Both the position numbers and the translations under genes were made by a program. Shown here piece after piece: positions 51,701 through 61,832 of a DNA stretch of 64,000 nucleotides. Origin of the DNA: Promethearchaeia archaeon. Lineage in GTDB: Archaea > Asgardarchaeota > Lokiarchaeia > Sigyniarchaeales > SOKP01. The notes beneath the pieces were generated by a model that was not told the DNA's origin, did no database searches, and worked only from the letters and a program-made list of their open reading frames with translations. The stretch spans positions 96,001 through 160,000 of the forward strand of contig JAHQWK010000012.1 in NCBI GenBank assembly GCA_029856145.1, read 5' to 3'. Position 1 is the first letter of the stretch. Each line of letters starts with the position of its first letter.

Positions 51701-51999
51701 AATATACTCCTCCCGGAGGGAAAATAACAATTGAATCCAAGAAAAATGAAGAATCATATGAAATTTCAATTAAAGATAATGGAATTGGATTTACCGAAGA
51801 AGAAAAAAATCAAGTTTTCAGACAGTTTGGGAAAATTGAACGATATGGACAAGGCTGGGATATTGCTGCTGATGGTACAGGTCTAGGACTATATATTACA
51901 AAAAGCCTTGTAGAATTACATGGAGGAAAAATTTGGATTGAATCTGAAGGAAGAAATAAAGGAACTACATTCCATTTTTCCTTACCGATATTAAAATAA
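48790..51999 (+). CDS. cytoplasmic multi-PAS sensor histidine kinase
   Basis: Repeated HPEDR / DITDRK..E..LKESEE PAS-PAC units; SHELKTPL, NLLVNAIKY, DNGIG, GTGLGL. Confidence 0.93.
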   Translation: MISNEKKNNPNFKKILPFLMETIDDLIIIASSNNSFEIEQLYECRFLDQLGYSNNKLIGTSLLKLFHFGDEITRKDFIQLIKQEKSTQNIQIIKKNGNLIWTELNIKKFNEKKSQEKYVFKLRNISELKELESKLEESEKNLKKIAKVVPEVRTWDLFTPKIYDKALHISSEKLRQNEAKFHTAIESLPFGFFMINKDGYYVMQNTVCKENWGNIIGKRPEDVANSKDTLAIWKENNLRAFSGEIVKSEIELKINERIQYFYNIITPVYIDDKIEYIQGVNIDTTDRKIADQKLKESEERYRLIYENTNDLIRVFNNNFEFEYLNEKVHKRVLEYSIEELANMDPISLFHPEDRKHAINRLSKILRKGEGSYEARFKHKDGHYKWLELSAKNFVDSKGNKKILSIGRDITDRKIIEQRIKESEEKYRTIADQSILGITIFQDDAVKYINQRGADLLGYTVEEITKWSSNEYASSIHPEDRQLVVEQVRKKQLRDPNVITHYQFRCLTKTGETIWVDNYSKTIDYEGRPADFVAVIDITGMKKAQQALKESEEKFHNILETSSVGVMELDVVKKKLLYINPKLLNIIGYKKEEITEDLFRSNLIHPKDLNKLLMTNEESELEFRIIDKQGKLKWLAGKRIPHFNENGEISSIRIWLDDITEKKMYENLIYELNINFLNFTTDIRNNIDLLLNTCLNLLDGDLILYIHKIISDDKENYQIISSDETYIYNSKDINQLFLSGLFYEEHDFPQTFFDIDRMKYAKTDPFIIEHKFKGSFGKVIKSNEGFNSAVCIFYKNNPIISGEDNLVLFLICDALEIEQRRWQVQKDLEKQNITLNKINKLKSELFSRTSHELKTPLISVKGFTELLLTLYKSKLDPEIISILEEISDGSKRLEKIINLLLDSTKLEAGQLSLNLQDENLTFLIKFCVKELQGLAKLRDQTISLNLQDKLETKFDKERIYEVISNLLVNAIKYTPPGGKITIESKKNEESYEISIKDNGIGFTEEEKNQVFRQFGKIERYGQGWDIAADGTGLGLYITKSLVELHGGKIWIESEGRNKGTTFHFSLPILK

Positions 52000-52272
52000 T
52001 TCAATTATAAATAACGTTCTCATTTTTCCCTAAATTTTTTTTAAATTACGATTTATTAATTGATTTAAACATTAACTAAAAGCTAAACAACATTTAGATT
52101 TTTTATCTTTGATTTTAATTTATTATAAAATTGTACGAAATTTATGAATTAAGTATTAAGTCTATAGAAGAAATGGACTCCTAATTTTTTATTAAAGACT
52201 TTAAATAATATTAAAACAAAAGAGTTAATCTTAAAATTTTTAATCAAACTAAAAATGGATTAGATCAAAAAA

Positions 52273-52497
52273 ATGAAAGAATTGGGAGAAAATGGAGAAC
52301 TTGAAGAAATACCAGAAATTAAGAAGTACTTTTCAAGAATCTATACGACTTTATCTAAAGATATTAGGGAAAAATTAAGGGATTTAGATCTATCAAAGGA
52401 AAAGAAAAAAAAGATAAAAAAAGAATTAGCATTCTTAACAAAAGATAAACAAATTGAGTATTTAGATGAATTAATTCAACTGAATAATCATGGATAA
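52273..52497 (+). CDS. hypothetical protein
   Basis: 74-aa ORF. Confidence 0.5.
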   Translation: MKELGENGELEEIPEIKKYFSRIYTTLSKDIREKLRDLDLSKEKKKKIKKELAFLTKDKQIEYLDELIQLNNHG

Positions 52498-52766
52498 ATT
52501 TTTGCTAAATTTCTAACCTCTTTTTAGTTTAGCTAAAATGCTAAAATGTTGAGCATTTTTTACTTATAAAAATGTAAAATATAAGAAATAACTGTTCTTT
52601 TAGATTTAGTTATGAATTATCGATAACAAATTTTTTTAAGAAATATACTTTTTTCTTTTTAAGATTATCAATTAATTTGTTTGATCAAACACATAAAAGC
52701 AAACACCTTGTTTTTTTACAAAATTGCAAATCAATTTTTAAATCATATGCGAGATTCGAAAGAATT

Positions 52767-53369
52767 ATGAGCGAAAATGTGGAGAAATATATAAAAAGAA
52801 AAGTCTATAAGTCTACAAGTTCAAGAATTGCACAAAAGTTTGTTGATGCGGGATTAGAAAAAATAAGAGCATGTATCAACTGTGGAACTTGTACCGGAAG
52901 TTGTCCAAGTGGACATCGAACAGCATTTAGGACTCGTTCTGCGATTCGCCGAGCTCTTACAGGAGATGAAAGCGTATTGAGCGATATAGATATTTGGCTT
53001 TGCTCTACTTGCTATTATTGCTACGAACGTTGCCCAAGGGACATTCCTGTGACAGATATGATAATAAAATTAAGAAATATAGCAGTTGAAGAGGGATATA
53101 TTTTAGATACACATTTTACGCTAGCTAAAGATATTTTTTATGCTACTGGGCATGGTGTACCCGCAACTGGCGAAAATAATAAAAAATGGAGAGATTTAAG
53201 AAAATCCTATGGATTGCCACCATTACCACCAACAGTTCATTCCTACCCTGAAGCTGTTAAGGAGTGCCAAGAATTGATGGATGCTGTAGGATTTAAAAAA
53301 TTATTGGATAATGCAGAAAAATTAAAAAAAGAGAGAGCAAATGCAAAGAAAAAAGATAAGGAGGAATAA
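52767..53369 (+). CDS. hdrC: heterodisulfide reductase subunit C (copy 2)
   Basis: CINCGTCTGSCPS, CSTCYYCYERCPR; ATG at 52767 is the likely start. Confidence 0.93.
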   Translation: MSENVEKYIKRKVYKSTSSRIAQKFVDAGLEKIRACINCGTCTGSCPSGHRTAFRTRSAIRRALTGDESVLSDIDIWLCSTCYYCYERCPRDIPVTDMIIKLRNIAVEEGYILDTHFTLAKDIFYATGHGVPATGENNKKWRDLRKSYGLPPLPPTVHSYPEAVKECQELMDAVGFKKLLDNAEKLKKERANAKKKDKEE

Positions 53370-53371
53370 TT

Positions 53372-54322
53372 ATGGCTGAAGATTATAAATGGCGATATGG
53401 ATTTTTTTTAGGATGTGTAATTCCTAACCGTTACCCTATGATTGAAGCCTCAATTAGAAGTGTTTTCGACCATCTCGGTGCTGAGCTTTTAGATTTACCG
53501 GGGGCTTCATGTTGTCCCGCACCTGGTGTTTTTAGAGCATTTCATATACCAACTTGGCTTGTTATTGCTGCAAGAAATATCTCTATCTCAGAAGGATTAG
53601 GAGTAAGTCCAATTACCGGTTGTAATGGTTGTTATGGAACTCTCAGAGATGCCTGGTATGAACTTGAACATGAATATGAATTAAAAAAAGAAGTTAATGA
53701 ATATCTTGCTAAAATTGGTCGAACGTATAAAGGCAATCTGGAACCAAAACATGTGGTTCAAGCTTTCTATCTTGATATGGGATTAGATCATTTAAAAGAT
53801 TATATTAAACTTAAATTTTCAGATTTAAAAGTAGCTGTACATTATGGGTGCCATATTGTAAAACCAAGTGATAAAAGACCTTGGAATGGTGAATATGAAG
53901 CTCCTAGATTTCTTGATGAGATTGTTGAAATCACAGGAGCAAAAAGTATTGATTATAAAGATAAATATATGTGTTGTGGAGCTGGTGGAGCTGTCAGAAC
54001 TGCTGTTAAAGAAGTTGCAGCAGATTTTACACGAGAGAAATTAGTGAATATGAGAGAGGCGGGAGTCGATATTATTATTAACTGCTGTCCTTTCTGTCAT
54101 CTTCAATTAGACCTAGGCCAATTAGAGGTAAATAATTTTTATGGAGATATAATTGGAGAACCATTTCACATTCCCGTAATATATATAACTCAACTCTTAG
54201 GAGTTGCGTTTGGCATGGATCCGAATTTATTAGGGTTAATTAAGAATCATGAATTGCAAGGCGTTTCTCCCTTTATTTCTGTAGATCCATTCTTGAATAT
54301 TGTTAAAGACCAATTAATTTAG
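53372..54322 (+). CDS. hdrB: heterodisulfide reductase subunit B (copy 2)
   Basis: FFLGCVIPNRYP, SCCPAPG, CNGC, HYGCH, CCGAGG, CPFCHLQ. Confidence 0.94.
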   Translation: MAEDYKWRYGFFLGCVIPNRYPMIEASIRSVFDHLGAELLDLPGASCCPAPGVFRAFHIPTWLVIAARNISISEGLGVSPITGCNGCYGTLRDAWYELEHEYELKKEVNEYLAKIGRTYKGNLEPKHVVQAFYLDMGLDHLKDYIKLKFSDLKVAVHYGCHIVKPSDKRPWNGEYEAPRFLDEIVEITGAKSIDYKDKYMCCGAGGAVRTAVKEVAADFTREKLVNMREAGVDIIINCCPFCHLQLDLGQLEVNNFYGDIIGEPFHIPVIYITQLLGVAFGMDPNLLGLIKNHELQGVSPFISVDPFLNIVKDQLI

Positions 54323-54336
54323 ATAGAAGTGAATAA

Positions 54337-56334
54337 ATGACAGAAACGAAAAAAAATATTGACATTACCGGCAATGAAAGACCTAAGATTGGAGTTTATG
54401 TATGTCATTGCGGGATAAATATTGGTGGTGTAGTCTCAGTTCCTGATTTAGTAGATTATGCTAAAACTCAACCTAATGTTGAAATTGCCCGAGAATATAA
54501 ATTCTTTTGTTCTGATGTAGGTCAGAAAATGATTAAAGAAGATATTGAAGCGGGATTGGTGAATAGAGTTATTGTTGCAGCATGCTCTCCCAGAATGCAT
54601 GAACCTACTTTTAGAATAGCATGCAAGGAAGCAGGATTAAACCAATTTTTATTTGAGATGGCTAATATTCGAGAACACTCTACTTGGGTCCATATGAGGG
54701 AACCGGAAGGAGCTTATGAAACTGCTAAGGACCATATTAGGATGGCTATTGCAAAAGCAAGAGAATTAGTACCGCTTGAAGTTCAAAAAGTAAAAGTTGA
54801 ACCCTCTTGTTTAATAATTGGTGGAGGTATTGCAGGAATGAATGCAGCATTAGATCTTGCAAATAGTGGTTATAAAGTGTATCTTGTTGAAAAAACTCCT
54901 ACCATTGGCGGACATATGGCTCAACTTGATAAAACATTTCCTACAATGGATTGTAGTAGTTGCATTCTTACTCCAAAAATGTCTGAAGTTTCACGTGAAA
55001 AGAATATAGAACTCTTAACCTATTCTGAAGTAGTAGAGGTTTCAGGGTACATAGGTAATTTTGAAGCTACAATCTTAAAAAAACCACATTATGTGGATCA
55101 AGTAAAATGTACTGGATGTGGAATTTGTGTAGATTACTGTCCTGTAACTGTTGGAAATGAGTTTGAACTTGGTTTAGGAACAAGAAAAGCAATATATATT
55201 CCATTTCCCCAAGCTATTCCCGGACAATATACAATAGACATGGATCACTGTATTGAATGTGGAATTTGTGCAAGACTAGATGTATGTGAACCAGAAGCTA
55301 TAATTTATGATGATAAACCAGAATATTTGAAAGTTAAAGTAGGAACTATTATTGTAGCAACAGGATGGGATTTATTTGACCCAACAGAGTTAAAACAATA
55401 TGGGTATGGAAGATATACAAATGTTATTACAGGTTTTCAAATGGAGCGTTTATTAAGTTCTTTTGGACCAGTAATTGGCAAACCAGTTAGACCTTCAGAC
55501 CTTAAAGAGCCACATAGCATTGCTTTCCTTCAATGTGTTGGAAGTAGGAATTTTAGAGAAGGAGGTAATCAATATTGCTCTCGAGTCTGTTGTATGTATG
55601 CAACAAAACAAGCAAGGCAGTATAAAGAAAAGCATCCTGATGCTGACGTGTATATATTCTATATGGATGTTCGAGCTTTTGGAAAAGGATATGAGGAATT
55701 TTACGAATCTGCTGGTCGAAATTATGGAATAAATTATGTGAGAGGTAGAATTGCAGAGGTTACTGAAGATGAAGATCATAATATTATTATTCGATCTGAA
55801 GACACATTACTTCAGCAACCAGTTGAATTAAAAGTTGACTTATTTATATTATCTTGCGGCTTAGAACCAAGAGCAGATGCAGATATCATAACTTCTCTAT
55901 TAAGAATTCAAAGATCAGCTGATGGATTCTTTTTAGAAGCACATCCAAAATTAAGACCCGTTGATACTTTAACAGATGGGATTTTTATTGCGGGAGCCGC
56001 TCAAGGACCAAAAGATATTCCAGATGCTGTAGCTCAAGCTAAAGGAGCAGCATCTAGTGCGGCTGTATTAATGGCTAAAGGTGAAGTAGAAATAGAACCA
56101 TTTTTTGGTATTGTTCATCCTGAAAGATGTATTGGATGTGGTATGTGTGTTGAGAATTGTGCTTATGGAGCAATTGAGCTTGTTGAGGACCGATGGTTTG
56201 GAACTGTAGCCAAAATCAATGAAGCACTCTGTAAAGGGTGTGGTGCTTGCTCAGGAAATTGTAGATGTTCAGCAATAGACATTAAAGGGTTTACAGCTGA
56301 ACAAATTTACTCAATAATCACAGGAAGGCTATAA
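54337..56334 (+). CDS. hdrA: heterodisulfide reductase subunit A (no in-frame TGA)
   Basis: GVYVCHCG, AACSP, NIREH, GGGIAG, DKTFPTMDCSSC, CSRVCC, ferredoxin motifs. Confidence 0.96.
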   Translation: MTETKKNIDITGNERPKIGVYVCHCGINIGGVVSVPDLVDYAKTQPNVEIAREYKFFCSDVGQKMIKEDIEAGLVNRVIVAACSPRMHEPTFRIACKEAGLNQFLFEMANIREHSTWVHMREPEGAYETAKDHIRMAIAKARELVPLEVQKVKVEPSCLIIGGGIAGMNAALDLANSGYKVYLVEKTPTIGGHMAQLDKTFPTMDCSSCILTPKMSEVSREKNIELLTYSEVVEVSGYIGNFEATILKKPHYVDQVKCTGCGICVDYCPVTVGNEFELGLGTRKAIYIPFPQAIPGQYTIDMDHCIECGICARLDVCEPEAIIYDDKPEYLKVKVGTIIVATGWDLFDPTELKQYGYGRYTNVITGFQMERLLSSFGPVIGKPVRPSDLKEPHSIAFLQCVGSRNFREGGNQYCSRVCCMYATKQARQYKEKHPDADVYIFYMDVRAFGKGYEEFYESAGRNYGINYVRGRIAEVTEDEDHNIIIRSEDTLLQQPVELKVDLFILSCGLEPRADADIITSLLRIQRSADGFFLEAHPKLRPVDTLTDGIFIAGAAQGPKDIPDAVAQAKGAASSAAVLMAKGEVEIEPFFGIVHPERCIGCGMCVENCAYGAIELVEDRWFGTVAKINEALCKGCGACSGNCRCSAIDIKGFTAEQIYSIITGRL

Positions 56335-56518
56335 AAAACAATATTCAAATTGTTTTTCAAAATCCATTAATATTAATTTTTATATTTCCAGCCAAATGTA
56401 GAATGATAGATTCTATAATTGATAAATTATAAGAAATATTTTTATTGAATGTAGACATATTTGTAAATACCGTTAATTTCAAAATGAAATCTAAAATAAA
56501 ATTTGAGGTGTTGTGAAT

Positions 56519-56809
56519 ATGCCAAAATTTATTGTTGTACATTCTGTACCTAGAGATGCTTTAGAAAAAATGGCCGAAATTCCCCCTGAGGAAAACAAAA
56601 TGATTATTAATATAAGAAAAGCTGGTAATTATGATGCTTATTGGATAAGAACTTGGGCAGTACTAGACCATGAAAAGTTATATTGTGAATGGAATGCAAA
56701 AGATGCTGAATCAATCCGTAAAATATGGGATGAAAATGTCAAAGGAATAGGAATTGATTCCATTGCTGAAATGCAAATTGTCGAAGGTGAAGATTATCGA
56801 GAAAAATAA
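56519..56809 (+). CDS. DUF4242/SCO4226-like small protein
   Basis: MPKFIVVH...W...KLYCEWNAKDAESIRK. Confidence 0.6.
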   Translation: MPKFIVVHSVPRDALEKMAEIPPEENKMIINIRKAGNYDAYWIRTWAVLDHEKLYCEWNAKDAESIRKIWDENVKGIGIDSIAEMQIVEGEDYREK

Positions 56810-56905
56810 AGATTTAAAACCTATAAGTTTTAACTCATTTTTTTATTAATTAATTTTCTCAATAAACATAAAGCAATTAATAAATACAATATTCTGTATT
56901 TATCT

Positions 56906-57532
56906 ATGATCGATAAATGGCTTTCAAAAACTAAATTTAAAGTATTAGTTGAAAAATTAGTCAAGCGATTATTTTATAAAAAAATTTCAGCTAATCAAAT
57001 TACCGTTTTAGCTTTAATTTTGGGACTATTGAGTTCTTTATCTATTTTTTTAAGTGGAATAATGGTATGGAAAATTCAATTAATTATATGTGCTGCAATT
57101 TTAATGGTTATATCCTTTTTCTTTGATGCTTTAGACGGAGCATTAGCAAGGTTAGATAAACCTACTACTTTTGGAGGCATTTTGGATATTTTTAGTGATA
57201 GAACTGTTGAAGTAGTCATTATTATATCTCTTATCTCTACTGACCCTTTGACTTTAATGTGGCCAGGAATTTTTTCCCTTGGAGCAATAGTACTATGTAT
57301 TTCAATGTTTTTATTGATAGGAGGGGCTTTAAAAGAAGATGAATTAGACGAATTGAAAAAAGTAATATATTATCGCCATGGACTTATGGAACGTTCAGAA
57401 ACTTTTTTGTTTCTTTTCTGCATTACTCTTCTAATTTCATTACGTTTTCTATTATTATGGATTTTTGCAGGATTAGTATTCTTTACAGCAGTTTTCAGAC
57501 TAAGAGATGCATATATCCTTTTAAACTCTTAA
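56906..57532 (+). CDS. CDP-alcohol phosphatidyltransferase family protein
   Basis: ANQIT, DALDGALAR...FGGILDIFSDR. Confidence 0.9.
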   Translation: MIDKWLSKTKFKVLVEKLVKRLFYKKISANQITVLALILGLLSSLSIFLSGIMVWKIQLIICAAILMVISFFFDALDGALARLDKPTTFGGILDIFSDRTVEVVIIISLISTDPLTLMWPGIFSLGAIVLCISMFLLIGGALKEDELDELKKVIYYRHGLMERSETFLFLFCITLLISLRFLLLWIFAGLVFFTAVFRLRDAYILLNS

Positions 57533-57607
57533 GATAATCTTAGAAATAAAATTAATTCATAATATATTATAATAATCTTTTAAAATCTAAAAATTATAAT
57601 TATCATT

Positions 57608-58846
57608 ATGAGTTCTCAAAGTCCAGAAGACATTCTTGATATAATCCTCCAAGAAAATAAAGGTAAATTTGGCTTAATTTGCCTAAACTGTTTGATAGTA
57701 AGATCACGATTTAAAGAATTAGAGAATTTTGTGGAAACCGATAGGATTCCAATTCCACAAGGAGAAGACCTAACAAAATTAGATTATCTAGACCATATCA
57801 GTATCCATTTCTATAAGAAATACAAAGATATTGCGGAACTTCAAAAATTATATCCTACTTGCCTTGCATTCATCGCGGATATGCTCTTTAAAGATGATAA
57901 AATTAAAAAATATTTGTCTAGATTTGATTTCATAGCAAAACATGAATTAATAGATGTGTTTGCTGATTATTGCGCTGATTTGGGGATAGATGTATATGAT
58001 ACTTCTAATATTGACGAAACTAAATATAAAATAGATTTATATTTAGCAAAAAAAAAACCTCTATTAAGAACTGAAGCTGTTTTTGTGCGAACAGGTCCTC
58101 AAATGACAGAGGAAGAATATAAGAATACATTCTACCTTTTAAATGAAGCATCAAAAATTGCAACTTGGACAGTATTTGTCACAACACCAAGAGGAGTTTA
58201 TAATATCGGTTTAGAAAGACTAATTTCAGATATGGAAAAATTAAATGTTTGGTTGTACGTTGTTGATCCTATTCATCAGAGAGTACTAGGAATTACCAAA
58301 GGTAAGAAATCTAAAGATCATGATATAGAAATTAGAGATGATTATATTAAGAAACTTCCACGTGAGCCAATAAGAGCCCAATCCAGAATAACAAAAATTT
58401 CTAATTATGAGTTTAATGAGTCAGATTCATATAATCCAAAAAAATTTGTTTTATATGAAATTTTACCAAAAGAAGAAGCACTAGAACGAGAAAAATCATT
58501 AGTAAGAAAGACAAGATACAGAGATAATTTTAGAACATTAATAATTATTGATAAAATATCTGGCCTACCTTTAATTAACTATGCACGTGAAGATTTAAAG
58601 GTAGATCAAGAGCTAGTGTCTGGATTCTTAAGTGCTATGGACTCTTTTGTGTCTGAAATCAGTGGAGCAGAAGGAATGGAGGAAATCAAATACAAAGGGT
58701 TTTATATACACGCTGTTTATGGACAATGGATTAAATTAGCATTATTTCTTTCAGCTCCCGCAGAAAAAGGGTTAAAGGAGAGGTTGGCTTACTTTTTACA
58801 GGATTTTGAAGAACGTTATAGTGAGGAAATAAATAAATTCCTTTAA
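57608..58846 (+). CDS. hypothetical protein with C-terminal longin-like domain, possibly truncated by a premature TAA
   Basis: IIIDKISGLPL...DQELVSGFLSAMDSFVSEI; frame stays open for 22 codons after the stop. Confidence 0.65.
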   Translation: MSSQSPEDILDIILQENKGKFGLICLNCLIVRSRFKELENFVETDRIPIPQGEDLTKLDYLDHISIHFYKKYKDIAELQKLYPTCLAFIADMLFKDDKIKKYLSRFDFIAKHELIDVFADYCADLGIDVYDTSNIDETKYKIDLYLAKKKPLLRTEAVFVRTGPQMTEEEYKNTFYLLNEASKIATWTVFVTTPRGVYNIGLERLISDMEKLNVWLYVVDPIHQRVLGITKGKKSKDHDIEIRDDYIKKLPREPIRAQSRITKISNYEFNESDSYNPKKFVLYEILPKEEALEREKSLVRKTRYRDNFRTLIIIDKISGLPLINYAREDLKVDQELVSGFLSAMDSFVSEISGAEGMEEIKYKGFYIHAVYGQWIKLALFLSAPAEKGLKERLAYFLQDFEERYSEEINKFL

Positions 58847-59214
58847 ACAAGTAGAATAACTTATTTTGATTCAGAAAAAATAATTCCAGACATAAAAGAT
58901 ATACTCGATGTATAATTTAAATAAGTTTTATTGCTATTTACTCAAGTATTTAAATTGGTTGGTTTCTAAAAAATGTATGATTAAATAAAGTTCAAATTAT
59001 TAATTAAAATCAATAATTCTTAGAAGTTTATAATAATCTTTTTATATAATTATTGTGCAATCGATTATTATTGTATTTTCTTCTATGAGATTAATTTTTT
59101 TAAAAGTTTTTTTCAAATGTTTATTGATAACCATATAAATTAATTAACACATGGATATATAAAGGATTATTCTTGTTAATATTACGGTAATCGTTTTACC
59201 CCACAATCTTATTC

Positions 59215-60483
59215 TTGAATATATCTCGTGGGATTTTAGGGGATAATAATTCAAGAATAAATTTTTTAATATTACTAAAATTGATATCAAAATTGGTGGT
59301 TGACATAATAAAAAAAGGATTATTTATTGAAGAGGAACATCAAAAAAGTATAAGTGTTGACTTATTTTGTCCAGTCTGTAATGCAAAAGGACAAGTTAAT
59401 GTGCCGAAAAATATCTTGAAGGAAAATGGATTAACAACGATATCAATTCCAAGTAATTCAATGTGTGAACACAATTTTCAGATCTTTATAGACCAACATT
59501 CTAGTGTTCGAGGATATCAAAAAGTTGATTTTGAAATTATATCGAGTCGTCATGATTCAACTGGATTCACTTGTTTAATGTGTGATGCAGATGTTACTTT
59601 TAATATCAAAGATGAGAATACATACTTGAAAAAGAAAGTAAATGAAAAATTCTTGGGAAAAGAAACGTATTCATATGAAGTAGCACATTACTATGATAAT
59701 GAATTACATGTAAATAATGTTCTCGTTGATAATTATGGAAGATTTCAAGATTACTTAAATACTTATAAGATAAAGCTTGAAAATTATACCCATGCTGAAA
59801 AAAAACCTCAACGATTTTTTAAATTAAGCAATGAAGGTCTAGAACCTCTGGAAACCCATTCATTCTTCAAGATATTTCTTATATTCAACACATTTAATAA
59901 TTGGTTATTCGAGCTTGTATCTCCCTCTCAATTTAATACCGTAGAACTCACAAATCTTCTCTATAATAAAATGGAAGAGACATTTAAAGTATATTCTTCT
60001 TTCCCTAATTATTTAAATATACCAGTAGCAGAAAAGACTTTTCACGTTTGGATTTCAGGTTCAAATATCATATGTATTAATTTAAATGAAGGAATAGAAA
60101 TCCCGTGGATTAAGTCAGTAATTAAAAATATTAATAAGAATATTAATTTTGATGGAAATTTAATTGCTAAAAGTCCTAGGATTTTATTGATATCAGAATT
60201 CTTTAACGGAGCAGATTTGAATCAAAAACAGGATTCTATTATAAAACGGTTAATTTTTGACGACTTACTTCATTCAAAAATAACAATAAAATTTGAAGAG
60301 CGAATAAAACGGATTGTTGATAGAATCAGTTCTAATTTTAAAATAAGACCTGAGATACTTAATGAATTTTTTAATGAGAATCTAAGTACAATTGAATATT
60401 TAAGGAAATCTGGAAATACTGACCTATTAGAAAAATTCATTGATATAATCGATTTCATTAACAGAAGGAAATTATTAGAGTAA
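59215..60483 (+). CDS. hypothetical protein with putative Zn-binding N-terminal modules (start uncertain)
   Basis: CPVC...CEH.F...ID...VRGYQKVD; CLMC...H. Confidence 0.6.
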   Translation: MNISRGILGDNNSRINFLILLKLISKLVVDIIKKGLFIEEEHQKSISVDLFCPVCNAKGQVNVPKNILKENGLTTISIPSNSMCEHNFQIFIDQHSSVRGYQKVDFEIISSRHDSTGFTCLMCDADVTFNIKDENTYLKKKVNEKFLGKETYSYEVAHYYDNELHVNNVLVDNYGRFQDYLNTYKIKLENYTHAEKKPQRFFKLSNEGLEPLETHSFFKIFLIFNTFNNWLFELVSPSQFNTVELTNLLYNKMEETFKVYSSFPNYLNIPVAEKTFHVWISGSNIICINLNEGIEIPWIKSVIKNINKNINFDGNLIAKSPRILLISEFFNGADLNQKQDSIIKRLIFDDLLHSKITIKFEERIKRIVDRISSNFKIRPEILNEFFNENLSTIEYLRKSGNTDLLEKFIDIIDFINRRKLLE

Positions 60484-60842
60484 AGCTTAGTGCTATAGGC
60501 TCATTAAAAGGTTGGACGATATAAAATAAGAATAAAATAGAGAGTAATACACAATATATTCAAAGAAAATAACGTATAATTAAATTCAATGAAATATACA
60601 TAGATTATTCAATTAGCTTTTTCTGGGCATTATGGAATTTAAACAAGAAATTTATATATTTTAATTTTTGACATAAATGAGCCATAAATTTTAATATTCT
60701 TCCTGCAAATTTTTATGACATTGATTTTTATATTCGGTTTTCTATGTTATTCAAGCATATTATTAAGAACAGTTTATCTTAAAATACTCTTAAAACTAAG
60801 TAGTATTTAAATTCCTAACTAAATGTGGGAGGATTTTCTAAT

Positions 60843-61814
60843 ATGAAAAATAACATCATCATAAGGAATTTAGTTCAAGAAGATGCTGAAAAAATTGTGG
60901 AATTAATCAAAAATGTCTATGGAAAGTTATATTATGAGCCAGAATATTATGACATTGAATTTATACAAGAGAAAATAAGAGAAAAACACACTTATTGGAA
61001 AGGGGCTTTTTTAAATCGAAAGTTGATTGGACAAATGCTTTTTACTATAAACCATAAAGCTGGATATTTAAAAGTCACAATGGTTGATCCAGAATTTCGA
61101 GGAATGGGGATTATTACACAATTTGGTATTGAAATGATGAAATTGAAAAAAATTATGAATTCCTCAATTCTAAAATGTGTTTACGCTATTATTAATGAAG
61201 ATAATAATCCCATAATTAAAGAATTAAAGAAATTCAATTTTAAATTTTTAGGTAGGATTCCTTATCAAGATAACAGTAAAGGGTTGATAATTTTTGGTCT
61301 TATCCAATATGATTTTAATTGGAAAATGATCAAACCACACTTAAAACTAAGTCTTTCAGTCTATAATTCAATTCAATCTGCAGGAATAAAAAGGATTCTA
61401 TCCGCTTCAAATTTAAATAAGGATTCCCAGAACATCAAGAGCAGTGATATAATAATTTCTAGATCTAAAGTAAAAAATAATGGAGCAAAAATTATCCAAA
61501 TTTGTATGAAAGATGGGGAAAATATAGCAGAAATTATCGAAAATCAATATCAAAAATGTTGGTATGATTTTAAATTTCTAAGAAATAATATGAATCTCAC
61601 AAGTAAAAAGAAAGTAATTGACATTATCTTAAATGAATACTCAAACAATAATAGCATAAATTCAATCTCATTTCCAATATCGGTTAATGATTTTATTAGT
61701 CAGAATATACTTATTGATTTAGGTGCAAAATACTACGCTTACCTCCCTTTCTATTACAAAGATTATGATTCAATATTATTAGGATTTTCAAAAATTAAGA
61801 AAGAGGTGTATTAG
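60843..61814 (+). CDS. GNAT-fold acetyltransferase-like protein
   Basis: IIRNL..EDAEKI, MVDPEFRGMG, N.PII..LKKFNF. Confidence 0.7.
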   Translation: MKNNIIIRNLVQEDAEKIVELIKNVYGKLYYEPEYYDIEFIQEKIREKHTYWKGAFLNRKLIGQMLFTINHKAGYLKVTMVDPEFRGMGIITQFGIEMMKLKKIMNSSILKCVYAIINEDNNPIIKELKKFNFKFLGRIPYQDNSKGLIIFGLIQYDFNWKMIKPHLKLSLSVYNSIQSAGIKRILSASNLNKDSQNIKSSDIIISRSKVKNNGAKIIQICMKDGENIAEIIENQYQKCWYDFKFLRNNMNLTSKKKVIDIILNEYSNNNSINSISFPISVNDFISQNILIDLGAKYYAYLPFYYKDYDSILLGFSKIKKEVY

Positions 61815-61832
61815 AAAATTAAAGTTAAGATA

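Noticed and set aside
54940-54970. Possible Sec in HdrA
   Set aside because: The DCSSC codons are TGT/TGC and the ORF is uninterrupted
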